DNA of 55,602 bases from Cyanobacteria bacterium M_DeepCast_200m_mx_001 (GTDB taxonomy: Bacteria; Cyanobacteriota; Cyanobacteriia; PCC-6307; Cyanobiaceae), in contig VGQL01000001.1 of NCBI GenBank assembly GCA_016882415.1, positions 1 through 55,602 on the forward strand, written 5' to 3'. A program made the translations under genes and the position numbers. A model generated the notes under the pieces. It was not told the DNA's origin and searched no databases. It saw nothing but the letters and a program-made list of their open reading frames with translations. This document shows positions 1 through 9,965 of the stretch, piece by piece (within the stretch, counting starts at the first letter, position 1; each line of letters starts with the position of its first letter).

Positions 1-264
1 GGCGCCGCGGATCCATGGGCAGGCCGCCGTGCTCAGGGTGGTGCCGCGGCCGGCCTCGTAGCGCTCCACCGCGCGGATCAGGCCGATGCAGCCCACCTGC
101 ACCAGGTCGTCGAAGGGGTGGCCGCTGCGCAGGCTCTCCTGCCGCGCCAGTCGCCACACCAAGGGCAGGTTGGCGTGCACCACGGCGTTGCGGTTGGCGG
201 TGCTGCGGCAGCGGCCGTAGGCGGCCAGCAGCTCGGCGTTGCGGGGGCGGGTGGGGGCGCGCAT
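1..264 (-). CDS. RNA polymerase sigma-70 family factor, SigF-like (runs off left edge)
   Basis: Not in ORF track. Manual translation from ATG at 264: MRAPTRPRNAELLAAY...RNAVVHANLPLVWRLA...FDDLVQVGCIGLIRAVERYEAGRGTTLSTAACPWIRGA, which is sigma region 2. Confidence 0.88.
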   Translation of the reverse strand, partial: MRAPTRPRNAELLAAYGRCRSTANRNAVVHANLPLVWRLARQESLRSGHPFDDLVQVGCIGLIRAVERYEAGRGTTLSTAACPWIRGA

Positions 265-360
265 GGGTCTGCGGGGGTCCGTGTTTCCACGGTCGGCGCG
301 GTGCCAGCTGGGCCCCTCCCCCCTCCGCAGCGGCGCCGTTCCCCCGATCGGGGGAGGCCC

Positions 361-1038
361 TCAGGCCAGCGGTGTGGTGCCCTGCAGGGGCTGCAGATCC
401 GCCCAGCGCAGCAGGGCCGGCCAGTGGCGCACCCGTTCGTACACCTGCCGGTGCCCTTCGCTGTTGAGGTGCAGCCCATCCGGCCCCAACCACTGCAGCC
501 AGGCCGGGTCCGCCAGCAGGGATTCCAGCAGGGGCAGGAACGGCACATCCGCCTCCAGGCAGGCCTCCTCCAGCAGCCGTTCGTAGTGACGCACCGCCTC
601 CAGCCCGTACCAGAGCACCTCGGCGTAGGGCATGGCCTGTTCATCCACGGGGGTGAGCCCCAGCACCAGCACCGGCGCCACGCTGCGGATCTGGCCCAGC
701 AGCTGCTGCAGGCCGAACAGGAACCCCTCGGGGTCGAGCTGGGGGCGGCCATCGGCGCGGCCCACCCGGGCGCTGTCGTTGAGCCCCAGCGACAGCAGCA
801 CCCCATGGGGCAGCTGGCGGCGCAGCTCACCGCGGCAGCTCACCTCTTGCCGCCAGCGGGCCGCCACCCGCTCCAGCCCATCGCCGCGCACCCCAAGGGG
901 GTAGAGCACCGGCGCTCCGGGCAGCCCCATCCAGTGGCGCCGCAGCCGCTCACACCAGCCCCCCTCGTCCGGATCGCCCCAGCCGTAGACGCCGCTGTCC
1001 CCCAGCACGATCAGCTTGCGCGGGATGGGAACGCTCAT
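361..1038 (-). CDS. GDSL/SGNH hydrolase
   Basis: LGDS block I, GxND block III, DGLHLN block V; ATG at 1038 overlaps the phnE stop (ATGA). Confidence 0.88.
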   Translation of the reverse strand: MSVPIPRKLIVLGDSGVYGWGDPDEGGWCERLRRHWMGLPGAPVLYPLGVRGDGLERVAARWRQEVSCRGELRRQLPHGVLLSLGLNDSARVGRADGRPQLDPEGFLFGLQQLLGQIRSVAPVLVLGLTPVDEQAMPYAEVLWYGLEAVRHYERLLEEACLEADVPFLPLLESLLADPAWLQWLGPDGLHLNSEGHRQVYERVRHWPALLRWADLQPLQGTTPLA

Positions 1039-2579
1039 GCGCGCAGCAGTGCCCGTCGGGCTCGGTCGCTCAGATCTTCCCCCAGCAGGGTGAGCAGGGC
1101 ATAGGCCGCCAACAGCAGGGCCAGCTGGTCGAAGGCGAAAGCGCTGAGGCTCTCCCGCAGCTGGCTGCCCAGGCCCGTGCCCGCCACCATCCCCACCACC
1201 ACCGTTTCCCGCAGGATCACATCGGCCCGGTAGGCGCCGTAGGCCAGGTAGGCGCGGGCCAGGCCGCTGAAGCGGCCGTAGAGCAGCGCCAGGCGGGTGC
1301 CACTGCCGCTGCAGCGCAGGGCTTCCTCCCGCTCGGGGCCGGCGGCCTCCACCCCCTCCAGCAGCAGCCTCCCCAGGATCCCCAGGTTGTGGAAGCCCAG
1401 GGCCAGGGCCGCCGTGAGCAGGCTTGGCTTGAACACGAACAGCAGCAGCAGGGCGGTGAGGGGCGGTGGCCACAGCCGCCCCAGGGCCCAGAGCAAGCGC
1501 AGCAGCCAGCCGCCCCAGGGCCAGGGGGCCACCAGCAGCAACAGCAGCGGTGCACCCCCCACCGCCAGGGCCGCCGCCACCAGGGTGAGCAGCACCGTTT
1601 GCCCCACCATGGCCAGCCAGGGCAGGGCCAGGGCCCCCTGCCACCCGCCGGGGGGGAGGGGCGGCAGGGCCTGCCAGTGCAGGAGCGCCGCCGGGTCCAC
1701 CGCCAGGGCCCGGCCCACCCCCAGCAGCAGCGGCACCAGGGCAGCGGCCACCAGCAGCAGCTCACGGCTGGAGCGGCCCACGGGTTGCCGCTGGGCCAGG
1801 GCCAACCGCGCCGGCATGCTCCAGCGGCGCCGCAGGGCCGACACCAGGGCCTCCAGCGCCAACATCACCGCCAGCAGCAGCCACAGGCCGCTCCAGAGTT
1901 CGTGGAACTGCAGCGACTGCAGGGTGAGCAACAGCTCGTTGCCCAGGCCCCCGAGGCCGAACACCCCCAGCAGGGTGGCGCTGCGCAGGGCGCATTCGAG
2001 CCGGTAGCCGCCGTAGCTGATCAACCCGGGCAGCAGCGGCGGCCCCAGGGCGGTGAGCAGGGCCGCCGGCGCCGGGGTGCCCGCCGCCAGCAGCCCCTGC
2101 AGGTTGCGCTCCGGCAGGGCATCGAGCAGATCACTCACCACCCTCGCCACCAGGGCGCTGAAGGGGATGGTGATGGCCAAAACGGCCACCGCCGGTTGCT
2201 GGCCCACCAGCTGCAGCAGCAGCAGGCCCCAGATCAGTTCATGGATCGAGCGGGGCACCGCCAGCAGGCGCCGCAGCAGCTCCGCCGGCAGCTCGCTGCC
2301 CGCCAGGCTGCGCCACAGCAGCCGGGAGCTCAACAGCCCCAGGGGCACCCCCAGCAGCAGGCTCGTGGCCCAGCCCAGCAGGGCCATGCCCACGGTGATG
2401 CCCAGCCCCCCCAGCAGGGAGCCCAGCACCAGCGGGTCGCCGCTGGGCCGCAGGGCCGCCAACAGGAATTGCCCTAGAAGATCCCAGCCGCCGCCGTGCA
2501 ACAACCCCGGCAGCAGCAGCGCCACGGGCAGCAGCACCAGGGCCGGCAGCAGCGGCAGCAGCGGGGCGGCGGGCCTCAT
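1035..2579 (-). CDS. phnE: Phosphonate/phosphite-type ABC transporter permease, two fused PhnE domains
   Basis: Hydrophobic; RSIHELIWGLLL and ECALRSATLLGVFGLGGLG motifs, second copy ILRETVVVGMVAGTGLG. Confidence 0.85.
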   Translation of the reverse strand: MRPAAPLLPLLPALVLLPVALLLPGLLHGGGWDLLGQFLLAALRPSGDPLVLGSLLGGLGITVGMALLGWATSLLLGVPLGLLSSRLLWRSLAGSELPAELLRRLLAVPRSIHELIWGLLLLQLVGQQPAVAVLAITIPFSALVARVVSDLLDALPERNLQGLLAAGTPAPAALLTALGPPLLPGLISYGGYRLECALRSATLLGVFGLGGLGNELLLTLQSLQFHELWSGLWLLLAVMLALEALVSALRRRWSMPARLALAQRQPVGRSSRELLLVAAALVPLLLGVGRALAVDPAALLHWQALPPLPPGGWQGALALPWLAMVGQTVLLTLVAAALAVGGAPLLLLLVAPWPWGGWLLRLLWALGRLWPPPLTALLLLFVFKPSLLTAALALGFHNLGILGRLLLEGVEAAGPEREEALRCSGSGTRLALLYGRFSGLARAYLAYGAYRADVILRETVVVGMVAGTGLGSQLRESLSAFAFDQLALLLAAYALLTLLGEDLSDRARRALLRA

Positions 2580-3379
2580 CCGATCGGCTCCGGCGCCGCG
2601 GCCGCTGCGGCCTGCTCCGATTCCGCATACAGGGCCTGCAGCTGCTGGGGTTGGAGGCTGGCGGCGGGTTGGTCAAACAGCAGCCGCCCCTGGCGCAGGC
2701 CGATCACCCGGTCGAACCCCTGCAGCAGATCGGGCCGGTGCAGGCTCAGCAGCAGGGCCCGCGGCGCCTGGCTGTGGCGCAGCAGCAGCGCCAGCAGCTC
2801 CTGGGCCAGGCGTGGATCGAGGCTGGCCAGGGGTTCATCCGCCAGCAGCAGGGTGGGGTTCTGGCGCAGCAGCCGGGCCATGGCCACCCGCTGGCGCTGG
2901 CCGCCGGAGAGCAGCGACACTGGCTGCTCCAGCAGCTCGGGGGCAAGGTCGAGCTGTTGCAGGGCATCGCGGCAGGCGCCGGTGTCCAGGGGCAGCAGCA
3001 GGTTGAGCAGGGCCCGCGGCCAGCCCCACTGGGCCAGGCGGCCGCAGTTGAGGTTCTGCTGCACCGTGAGTTCCTCGATCAGGCGCAGGTCCTGCCAAAG
3101 GGTGCCGATGCGGGCCTGCTGGCGGCGCCGGGCCCGGGCTCCGCGGGCCCGGGGTTCCCCCTGCCAGAGCACCTCGCCCGCGGCGGGGTGGAGCAGTCCG
3201 TTGGCCACCGCCAGCAGAGTGCTCTTGCCGGCTCCGCTGGGGCCCAGCAGCGCCACCCGCTCGCCCGCCTCCAGCCGCAGGGAGACGCCATCGAGCCGGG
3301 GCTGGCTGCGGCCCGGCACGTGGATGCGCCGCAGCTCGAGCACGGCCGTGGGCTGGGGGTTGGGGCTGAGGGCGGCCAT
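2576..3379 (-). CDS. phnC: Phosphonate/phosphite-type ABC transporter ATPase
   Basis: Walker A GPSGAGKS, LSGGQRQR signature, LLADEPLASLDP. Confidence 0.85.
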   Translation of the reverse strand: MAALSPNPQPTAVLELRRIHVPGRSQPRLDGVSLRLEAGERVALLGPSGAGKSTLLAVANGLLHPAAGEVLWQGEPRARGARARRRQQARIGTLWQDLRLIEELTVQQNLNCGRLAQWGWPRALLNLLLPLDTGACRDALQQLDLAPELLEQPVSLLSGGQRQRVAMARLLRQNPTLLLADEPLASLDPRLAQELLALLLRHSQAPRALLLSLHRPDLLQGFDRVIGLRQGRLLFDQPAASLQPQQLQALYAESEQAAAAAAPEPIG

Positions 3380-3421
3380 GGGGCCATGCTGCCGGTTGGC
3401 CGGCTGATGGATCGGGCGGGC

Positions 3422-3502
3422 TCAGCCGAAGCGGAAGGCCATCAGCGCCAGGATCAGGCCCACCAGGGCCAGTTCCACCAGGTCGGGGCCGCGGGGGTTC
3501 AT
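3422..3502 (-). CDS. Putative 26-aa single-helix membrane micro-protein
   Basis: MNPRGPDLVELALVGLILALMAFRFG; ATG overlaps the upstream stop (ATGA at 3499-3502); GC3-rich codons. Confidence 0.45.
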   Translation of the reverse strand: MNPRGPDLVELALVGLILALMAFRFG

Positions 3503-3729
3503 GGCCGCCGCTCGCGCTGTTCCAGCCGCGCCACCGACGGCAGGCTGAGCACCAGGGCCAGCAGCCCCAGCTCCACCCACAGCACCCCATTCCCCAGCAC
3601 GATCACCGCCAGGTCGATCACCGCCAGGGTGCGCAGGAACAGCACCCACACGTCGTCGCCCTCTGTGCAGCTGCGTTGCCACAGCAGCAGGCCGGCCGCC
3701 ACCAGCACCAGGTCGATCAGCAGGGTCAT
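3499..3729 (-). CDS. Small hypothetical membrane protein (76 aa)
   Basis: MTLLIDLVLVAAGLLLW...; 2-3 hydrophobic segments; host-like codon usage. Confidence 0.65.
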   Translation of the reverse strand: MTLLIDLVLVAAGLLLWQRSCTEGDDVWVLFLRTLAVIDLAVIVLGNGVLWVELGLLALVLSLPSVARLEQRERRP

Positions 3730-3807
3730 GGGGGAAGGAGGGGCGGTCCACAACCAACCCCTCCATTCTGCGGTGGCTGCGCCACCGGGCCCAGGGGGCG
3801 GCGGCGA

Positions 3808-4800
3808 TCAGCGGATCTTGCCGATCTCCCGGCCCACCTGCTCGATGCGCGTGTACTCCCCGGGGCTGGCCGGGATGAACTGCTGGGCGCCGAACAGACC
3901 CAGGATCACCTTCTGCTGGGGATCGCTGGGGCGCCAGCTGAGGATCGCCTTCTGCAGCTTGGTGGTGAAGCCCTTGCCGAAGCGCTGATCCAGGTTGCCC
4001 TGGGCAATCCAGTGGTAGTCGGGGTAGCCCGGCGACTTCCAGATGGCCATCACCTTGGCCCGATTGGCCTTGCCGTTGTGCAGGCTGGCGCGCCACACCT
4101 GCTCATTGACGGCACCGGCGTCGTAGGCGCCGCTCTGCACCAGGGCGATGGTGGCATCATGGCTGCCGCTGAAGCCGGGGGCGCCGCCGGCGAAGTCCTT
4201 GAGCTTCACCCCCGCCTGGGCCAGGAAGTACTGGGGCATCAAGCGGCCCGAGGTGGAGCTCTCCGAGCCGAAGGTGAAGCGGCGGCCCTTGAGCTCCCGC
4301 AGGCCGTCGATGTTGCGCACCGTCTTGAGGCCGCTGCGGGTGTTGGCGATGAAGATGCTCTTGAACGACACATCGATGTCGCGCTGGGCCAGCACCCGGG
4401 CATTGGGTTTCTGCAGCCGCGCCTGCACGCCGGTGAGGCCGCCGAACCACACCAGGTCCAGGTCGCCGGTGCGGAAGGCGGTCACCGCCGCGGCGTAGTC
4501 GGTGAGGGGCACGTACTTCACCGGCACGCCCAGTTGCCGGCTGAGTTCACTGGCCACCGACCCATAGAGGCGGTTCAGCTTTTCGGGGTTCTGATCGGGG
4601 ATGGCGCTGATGCGCAGCAGGGGCCGCTGCTTGGCGGCCTCCGCCTGGGCCGCCGGCGGGGTCCCCAGGCCCGGGGCCAGGGGGGGTGTGGGGAGGACCG
4701 CCGTGAGCAGCGCCAGGCTGAGGCCCGTGGCCACGGCGGCCGAACGTTCTCGGCCGCGGCCGGTGGTCCGGGCCAGGGCCCGACTGAGGGAGAGGGTCAT
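3808..4800 (-). CDS. phnD: PhnD-family ABC substrate-binding protein (phosphite/phosphonate/oxyanion)
   Basis: Signal-like N-terminus; ISAIPDQNP, DLVWFGGLTG, SESSTSG, GSHDAT motifs; start uncertain. Confidence 0.85.
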   Translation of the reverse strand: MTLSLSRALARTTGRGRERSAAVATGLSLALLTAVLPTPPLAPGLGTPPAAQAEAAKQRPLLRISAIPDQNPEKLNRLYGSVASELSRQLGVPVKYVPLTDYAAAVTAFRTGDLDLVWFGGLTGVQARLQKPNARVLAQRDIDVSFKSIFIANTRSGLKTVRNIDGLRELKGRRFTFGSESSTSGRLMPQYFLAQAGVKLKDFAGGAPGFSGSHDATIALVQSGAYDAGAVNEQVWRASLHNGKANRAKVMAIWKSPGYPDYHWIAQGNLDQRFGKGFTTKLQKAILSWRPSDPQQKVILGLFGAQQFIPASPGEYTRIEQVGREIGKIR

Positions 4801-4819
4801 GCGGGGGGGCGGGTGCGGC

Positions 4820-6037
4820 TCAGAGGCCGCGGATGAACCGCTCCAGTCTGGCCAGGCCGTCCTGCAGGGTGGCCTCGGAGGCGGCACAGGAAAGGCGGAT
4901 GCAGCCGTCATCGCCGAAGGCCACTCCGGGCACCACCGCCAGCCCCTGCTCCTCCAGCAGGCGGTTGCAGAGGGTCATCGAATCGAGGCCGGTGCTGCTG
5001 ATGTCCGGAAAGGCGTAGAAGGCCCCCTCAGGCGGCAGCAGGGTGAGGCCCGGGATGGCCCGCAGCCCGTCGCTGAGCAGGGTGCGGCGGGTGTTGAACT
5101 GCTCTGCCATGGCGTGTACGCAGTCGCGCGGGCCGTTGATGGCCGCCAGCGCGCCGAACTGGGCAAAGCTGCAGACGTTGCTGGTGCTCTGGCTCTGCAG
5201 GGCGATGGCCGCCTTCACCACGGCGGCGTTGCCGGCCAGCCAGCCGATGCGCCAGCCGGTCATGGCCCAACCCTTGGCGCAGCCATTCACGGAGAACACG
5301 CGATCCGCCAGGTCTGGCGCCAGGGCGGCGAGGCTGTGGTGCCGGTGGCCGGGGGCCAGCAGGAATTCATAAATGTCGTCGCACACCACCGCTAGCTGCG
5401 GGTGGCGGCGCACTACCGCGGCGATGGCCTCCAGCTCGGCGCGGCTGCTCACCATGCCGGTGGGGTTGGAGGGGCTGTTGAGCACCAGCAGCTTGCTGGC
5501 GGGGGTAATGGCCGCCTCCAGCCGTTGGGGGTCGAGGCGGAAGCCTTCGGCGGCGCCGCTGGGGATCAGGCGCACGCTGGCCCCCGCCAGCTGGGCGATC
5601 TCCGGGTAGCTGAGCCAGTAGGGGGAGGGCAGCAGCAGCTCGTCGCCGGGGCCCAGCAGCACCTGGAACAGGTTGTACAGGGCCTGCTTGCCGCCGTTGG
5701 TCACCAGCACCTGCTCCGGGCGGGTGGCGACGCCGTTTTCACCGCTGAGCTTGGCGGCGATGGCTTCCCGCAGGGCCGGTTCGCCGGCGGCGGGGCCGTA
5801 GCGGGTGTGGCCCGCCTCCAGGGCGGCGGCCGCCGCCTGGCGGATGAAGGCGGGGGTGTCGAAGTCCGGTTCGCCGGCGCTGAGGCTGCAGATGTCCTGG
5901 CCGTCGGCCTTGAGGGCCTTGGCCTTGGCGGCGATGGCCAGGGTCAGGGAGGGCTGCAGGGCCTGGGCCCGGGCCGACAGCGGAACAGGGGTGCCTGGGG
6001 AGGCCCCTGGGGTGGCGTCATGACGGGCGCCTTCCAT
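4820..6037 (-). CDS. aspC: Aspartate aminotransferase (class I/II PLP enzyme)
   Basis: LSAGEPDF, NSPSNPTG, DDIYE, AKGWAMTGWRIG; start approximate. Confidence 0.87.
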   Translation of the reverse strand: MEGARHDATPGASPGTPVPLSARAQALQPSLTLAIAAKAKALKADGQDICSLSAGEPDFDTPAFIRQAAAAALEAGHTRYGPAAGEPALREAIAAKLSGENGVATRPEQVLVTNGGKQALYNLFQVLLGPGDELLLPSPYWLSYPEIAQLAGASVRLIPSGAAEGFRLDPQRLEAAITPASKLLVLNSPSNPTGMVSSRAELEAIAAVVRRHPQLAVVCDDIYEFLLAPGHRHHSLAALAPDLADRVFSVNGCAKGWAMTGWRIGWLAGNAAVVKAAIALQSQSTSNVCSFAQFGALAAINGPRDCVHAMAEQFNTRRTLLSDGLRAIPGLTLLPPEGAFYAFPDISSTGLDSMTLCNRLLEEQGLAVVPGVAFGDDGCIRLSCAASEATLQDGLARLERFIRGL

Positions 6038-6172
6038 CCGTGGCTGCTGGGAGGGCGGGCGCAGCATGGGCGCAGGCGTGCTCTCAGCATCCTGCCGTAT
6101 TTGCCCCCCGCGGGCGGTACCTGGCTGAACCTTGTCCATCAGGATCAACACGGCGCCCCGCCGCCCCTGGTT

Positions 6173-6193
6173 TTCCCCGTTCCCCGTTCCCCG
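6173..6193 (+). repeat. Tandem heptamer (TTCCCCG)x3
   Basis: ttccccg-ttccccg-ttccccg ending at the GTG of the VOC gene. Confidence 0.7.
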
Positions 6194-6591
6194 TGACCGC
6201 CCCGCCGCCGCCAACCCCCACCGCCGATTCCGCCGCGCTGGTGCTGGCCGCCGATGATCCCGGTGCCCTGGCGCGGTTCTACGGGGGGGTGTTGGCGGTG
6301 GAGCCCCAGCCGGGATTTTCCGCGCAGCATTGGTGGCTGCCCCTGCCGGGGGGGGCTCGCCTGGAGATCTATGCCCCCAGCCGCGCCCGGCCCCTGCCCC
6401 GCGGCCGCGGCCGCCTGGGGCTGTGCCTGCGGCTGGCGGGGGGCGCCGCCGCCCTGGAGGCGGCCATGGCGGCGGCCCTGGCCCTGGGGGCGCAACCGCT
6501 GGAGCCCAGCCGCCAGGAGGCCTTCGGCCAGGAGGCCTGGCTGCTGGATCCGGAGGGCAACGGGCTGCTGCTGCTGGCCCCCGCTCCATAG
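6193..6591 (+). CDS. VOC/glyoxalase-family protein
   Basis: LAADDPGALARFY at N-terminus, FGQEAWLLDPEGN at C-terminus. Confidence 0.8.
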   Translation: MTAPPPPTPTADSAALVLAADDPGALARFYGGVLAVEPQPGFSAQHWWLPLPGGARLEIYAPSRARPLPRGRGRLGLCLRLAGGAAALEAAMAAALALGAQPLEPSRQEAFGQEAWLLDPEGNGLLLLAPAP

Positions 6592-6633
6592 GATCGCGAC
6601 CCCCCATGGCCCCTCCGGGGCACCCCCGGCCCC

Positions 6634-7218
6634 ATGGCCCTGGCCCACGAGCAGCTGGCCCTCGCCTGCGCCGCCTGCCACCGCTGCGGCCTGGCGGCTG
6701 GGCGCCAGCGGGTGGTGGTGAGCCGAGGCAACCCCCGGGCGCGGCTGCTGGTGATCGGCGAGGCCCCCGGCGCCCAGGAGGATGCCCAGGGGCAGCCGTT
6801 CGTGGGGCGCTCCGGCCAGTTGCTGGATCGCCTGCTAGCGGCCGCCGGCATCGATGTCGCCACGGAGGCCTACATCTGCAATGTGGTGAAGTGCCGCCCC
6901 CCCGGCAACCGCAAGCCCACGGCGGCGGAGTTGGCGGCCTGCCGCCCCTGGCTGGAGCAACAGATCGCCCTGGTGGATCCGCCGCTGGTGCTGCTGGTGG
7001 GGGCCACCGCCCTGCAGGGGGTGCTGGGGATCCGCGGGGGCATCACCGGCCTGCGGGGGCAGTGGCGCCCCTGGGGGGAGCGTTGGCTGATGCCGATCCT
7101 GCACCCCTCCTATCTGCTGCGGAACCCCTCCGAGCGGCCCGGCTCCCCCCGGGCCCTCACCCTCGACGACCTGCGGCGGGTGCGGGAGCGGCTGACCCCA
7201 TTGCCCGCCCCGCTGTGA
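6634..7218 (+). CDS. Uracil-DNA glycosylase family 4 (Fe-S)
   Basis: Cxx[33 protein letters not shown]. Confidence 0.92.
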   Translation: MALAHEQLALACAACHRCGLAAGRQRVVVSRGNPRARLLVIGEAPGAQEDAQGQPFVGRSGQLLDRLLAAAGIDVATEAYICNVVKCRPPGNRKPTAAELAACRPWLEQQIALVDPPLVLLVGATALQGVLGIRGGITGLRGQWRPWGERWLMPILHPSYLLRNPSERPGSPRALTLDDLRRVRERLTPLPAPL

Positions 7219-7261
7219 CAGGCTTGCGCCACAACGCCCCGTCCCCCGGTTCGCTGCTGCC

Positions 7262-8488
7262 ATGACTGCCTCGCTGGCTTCCGTTTCGGCCCCTGAGGCG
7301 GTGCCCAACCCGCGCTACGACACCGTGATCCGGCGCCGGGCCACCCGCAGCGTGCGGGTGGGCGCCATCGCCATCGGCAGTGAGCACCCGGTGGTGGTGC
7401 AGTCGATGATCAACGAGGACACCCTCGACATCGAGGGGGCCACCGCCGGCATCCGCCGCCTGCACGAGGCGGGCTGCGAAATCGTGCGGGTCACCGTGCC
7501 CTCCCTGGCCCACGCCAAGGCCATGGGGGAGATCCGCCAGCGCCTGGAGAGCAGCTACCAACCGGTGCCCCTGGTGGCGGACGTGCACCACAACGGCATG
7601 AAGATCGCCCTGGAGGTGGCGCAGCACGTCGACAAGGTGCGCATCAATCCGGGCCTGTTCGTGTTCGACAAGCCCGACCCCAACCGCACCGAGTTCAGCG
7701 ATGCGGAGATCGCCGCCATCGGCGACCGCATCACCGACACCTTTGAGCCGCTGGTGCAGCTGCTCAAGCAACAGGACAAGGCCCTGCGCATCGGTGTGAA
7801 CCACGGCTCCCTAGCGGAGCGGATGCTGTTCCGCTACGGCGACACCCCCCTGGGGATGGTGGAGAGCGCCCTGGAATTCATTCGCATCTGCGATCGCCTC
7901 GACTTCCACAACATCGTGATTTCGATGAAGGCGTCGCGGGCGCCGGTGATGCTGGCGGCCTACCGGATGATGGCCGACCGCATGGATGCGGAGGGCTTCC
8001 ACTACCCCTTGCACCTGGGGGTGACCGAGGCGGGCGACGGCGATTACGGCCGCATCAAGAGCACCGCCGGCATCGCCACCCTGCTGTCGGAGGGCCTGGG
8101 GGACACCATCCGCGTCTCCCTCACGGAGGCGCCGGAGAAGGAGATCCCCGTTTGCTATTCGATTCTCCAAGCCCTGGGGCTCCGCAAAACCATGGTGGAG
8201 TACGTGAGCTGCCCCAGCTGTGGCCGCACCCTGTTCAACCTGGAGGAGGTGCTGCACAAGGTGCGCAGCGCCACGGCCCACCTCACCGGCCTCGACATCG
8301 CCGTGATGGGCTGCATCGTCAATGGCCCGGGGGAGATGGCTGACGCCGATTACGGCTACGTGGGTAAAACCCCAGGGGTGATCTCCCTCTACCGCGGCCG
8401 CGAGGAGATCCGCCGTGTGCCGGAGGCGGAGGGGGTTGAGGCTCTGATCGCCCTGATCCAGGAGGACGGCCGCTGGTTCGACCCCTGA
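7262..8488 (+). CDS. ispG: (E)-4-hydroxy-3-methylbut-2-enyl-diphosphate synthase
   Basis: [45 protein letters not shown]. Confidence 0.97.
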   Translation: MTASLASVSAPEAVPNPRYDTVIRRRATRSVRVGAIAIGSEHPVVVQSMINEDTLDIEGATAGIRRLHEAGCEIVRVTVPSLAHAKAMGEIRQRLESSYQPVPLVADVHHNGMKIALEVAQHVDKVRINPGLFVFDKPDPNRTEFSDAEIAAIGDRITDTFEPLVQLLKQQDKALRIGVNHGSLAERMLFRYGDTPLGMVESALEFIRICDRLDFHNIVISMKASRAPVMLAAYRMMADRMDAEGFHYPLHLGVTEAGDGDYGRIKSTAGIATLLSEGLGDTIRVSLTEAPEKEIPVCYSILQALGLRKTMVEYVSCPSCGRTLFNLEEVLHKVRSATAHLTGLDIAVMGCIVNGPGEMADADYGYVGKTPGVISLYRGREEIRRVPEAEGVEALIALIQEDGRWFDP

Positions 8489-8592
8489 TGGGAAGCGGGG
8501 GGAGCCGACGTTTTTCTGCGGTTTTCCCGGACCTGTGGCCCCCGAATCGGGAGCTAGTTTGAGAGCACATCCAGAGCTTGGGGGCTCACGGA

Positions 8593-9960
8593 ATGGGCAA
8601 GGCTGGTGCCGGGGTTCGCCGCAAGGGATTGGTGATCCTGGTGGGTGCTGGGGCCCTGGGGGCCATCGCCCTGCCGCCGCTGCTGGCCCCCAGTGCGGCC
8701 TCGCTGATCAGCGACAGCCCCAAGGAGGTGATCGACCAGACCTGGCAGATCGTCTTCCGCGACTACCTCGACATCAACGGCAAGTACACGCCGGAGCGTT
8801 GGCGCGCCCTGCGGCGCCAGGTGCTCTCCAAGAGTTACGGCAGCACCAAGGAGAGCTACGAGGCCATCCGCGGCATGCTCGCCAGCCTCGATGACCCCTA
8901 CACCCGCTTCCTGGACCCGCGCGAGTTCAAGGAGATGCAGATCGACACCTCGGGGGAACTCTCCGGGGTGGGCATCCAGCTGAGCCTGGATAAGGACACC
9001 AAAGAGCTGGTGGTGGTGAGCCCGATCGAGGGCTCACCCGCTTCCCGCGCCGGGGTGCAGCCCAAGGACGTGATCGTGACGATCGACGGCAAGGCCACCA
9101 AGGGCATGTCCACCGAGGATGCGGTGAAACTGATCCGCGGCCAGGCCGGCACCAGCGTGAAGCTGCAGCTGCGCCGCTCCGGCAAGGTGGTGGACACGGC
9201 CCTGGTGCGGGAGCGCATCGAGCTGCACGCCGTGGACAGCCGCGTGAACCCGGGCCCCAACGGCAGCCGCATCGGCTACATCCGCCTGAAGCAGTTCAAC
9301 GCCAACGCCGCCAAGGACATGGCCGCGGCCCTCAAGGACCTGGAGGGCAAGGACGTGCAGGGCTACGTGCTCGACCTGCGCAGCAACCCCGGTGGCCTGC
9401 TGATGGCCAGCATCGCCATCGCCCGCCAGTGGCTGGATGAGGGGGTGATCGTCTCCACCAAGACCCGCGACGGCATCCAGGACATCAAGCGCGCCAATGG
9501 CCGCGCCCTCACCCAGCGGCCCTTGGTGGTGCTGGTGAACGAGGGCTCCGCCAGCGCCAGTGAGATCCTCTCGGGTGCCCTGCAGGACAACCACCGTGCC
9601 GTGGTGGTGGGGGAGAAGACCTTCGGCAAGGGGCTGGTGCAATCGGTGCGCAGCCTCTCCGATGGCTCCGGCATGACCGTGACCATCGCCAAATACCTCA
9701 CCCCCAATGGCCGCGACATCCACAAGCACGGCATCGACCCCGATGTGCGGGCGCGGCTGAGTGCCACCGAAGCCCAGAGCCTGCGGCTGGAGGACCTGGG
9801 CACCAAGCGCGACAGCCAGTATCGGGTGGCGGAATCGACCCTGGTGAAGCAGGTGCGGGCCGCTGGCACAGTCACCAAGGCCAAGCTCTACAACCCCAAC
9901 AGCGCCAACGTGCCGTCGGCGTTGACGCCAGGTTCAGACAGCTCAGGATCGGGGAACTGA
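8593..9960 (+). CDS. S41 carboxyl-terminal processing protease (PDZ + peptidase)
   Basis: Signal peptide, GVGIQL PDZ loop, DLRSNPGG, SASASEI, TFGKG. Confidence 0.93.
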   Translation: MGKAGAGVRRKGLVILVGAGALGAIALPPLLAPSAASLISDSPKEVIDQTWQIVFRDYLDINGKYTPERWRALRRQVLSKSYGSTKESYEAIRGMLASLDDPYTRFLDPREFKEMQIDTSGELSGVGIQLSLDKDTKELVVVSPIEGSPASRAGVQPKDVIVTIDGKATKGMSTEDAVKLIRGQAGTSVKLQLRRSGKVVDTALVRERIELHAVDSRVNPGPNGSRIGYIRLKQFNANAAKDMAAALKDLEGKDVQGYVLDLRSNPGGLLMASIAIARQWLDEGVIVSTKTRDGIQDIKRANGRALTQRPLVVLVNEGSASASEILSGALQDNHRAVVVGEKTFGKGLVQSVRSLSDGSGMTVTIAKYLTPNGRDIHKHGIDPDVRARLSATEAQSLRLEDLGTKRDSQYRVAESTLVKQVRAAGTVTKAKLYNPNSANVPSALTPGSDSSGSGN

Positions 9961-9965
9961 GGCCC

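Noticed and set aside
1035-4800. Phosphonate catabolism (C-P lyase) or phosphite oxidation cluster
   Set aside because: Only transporter genes are present; no phnG-M, ptxD or phnYZ in the window
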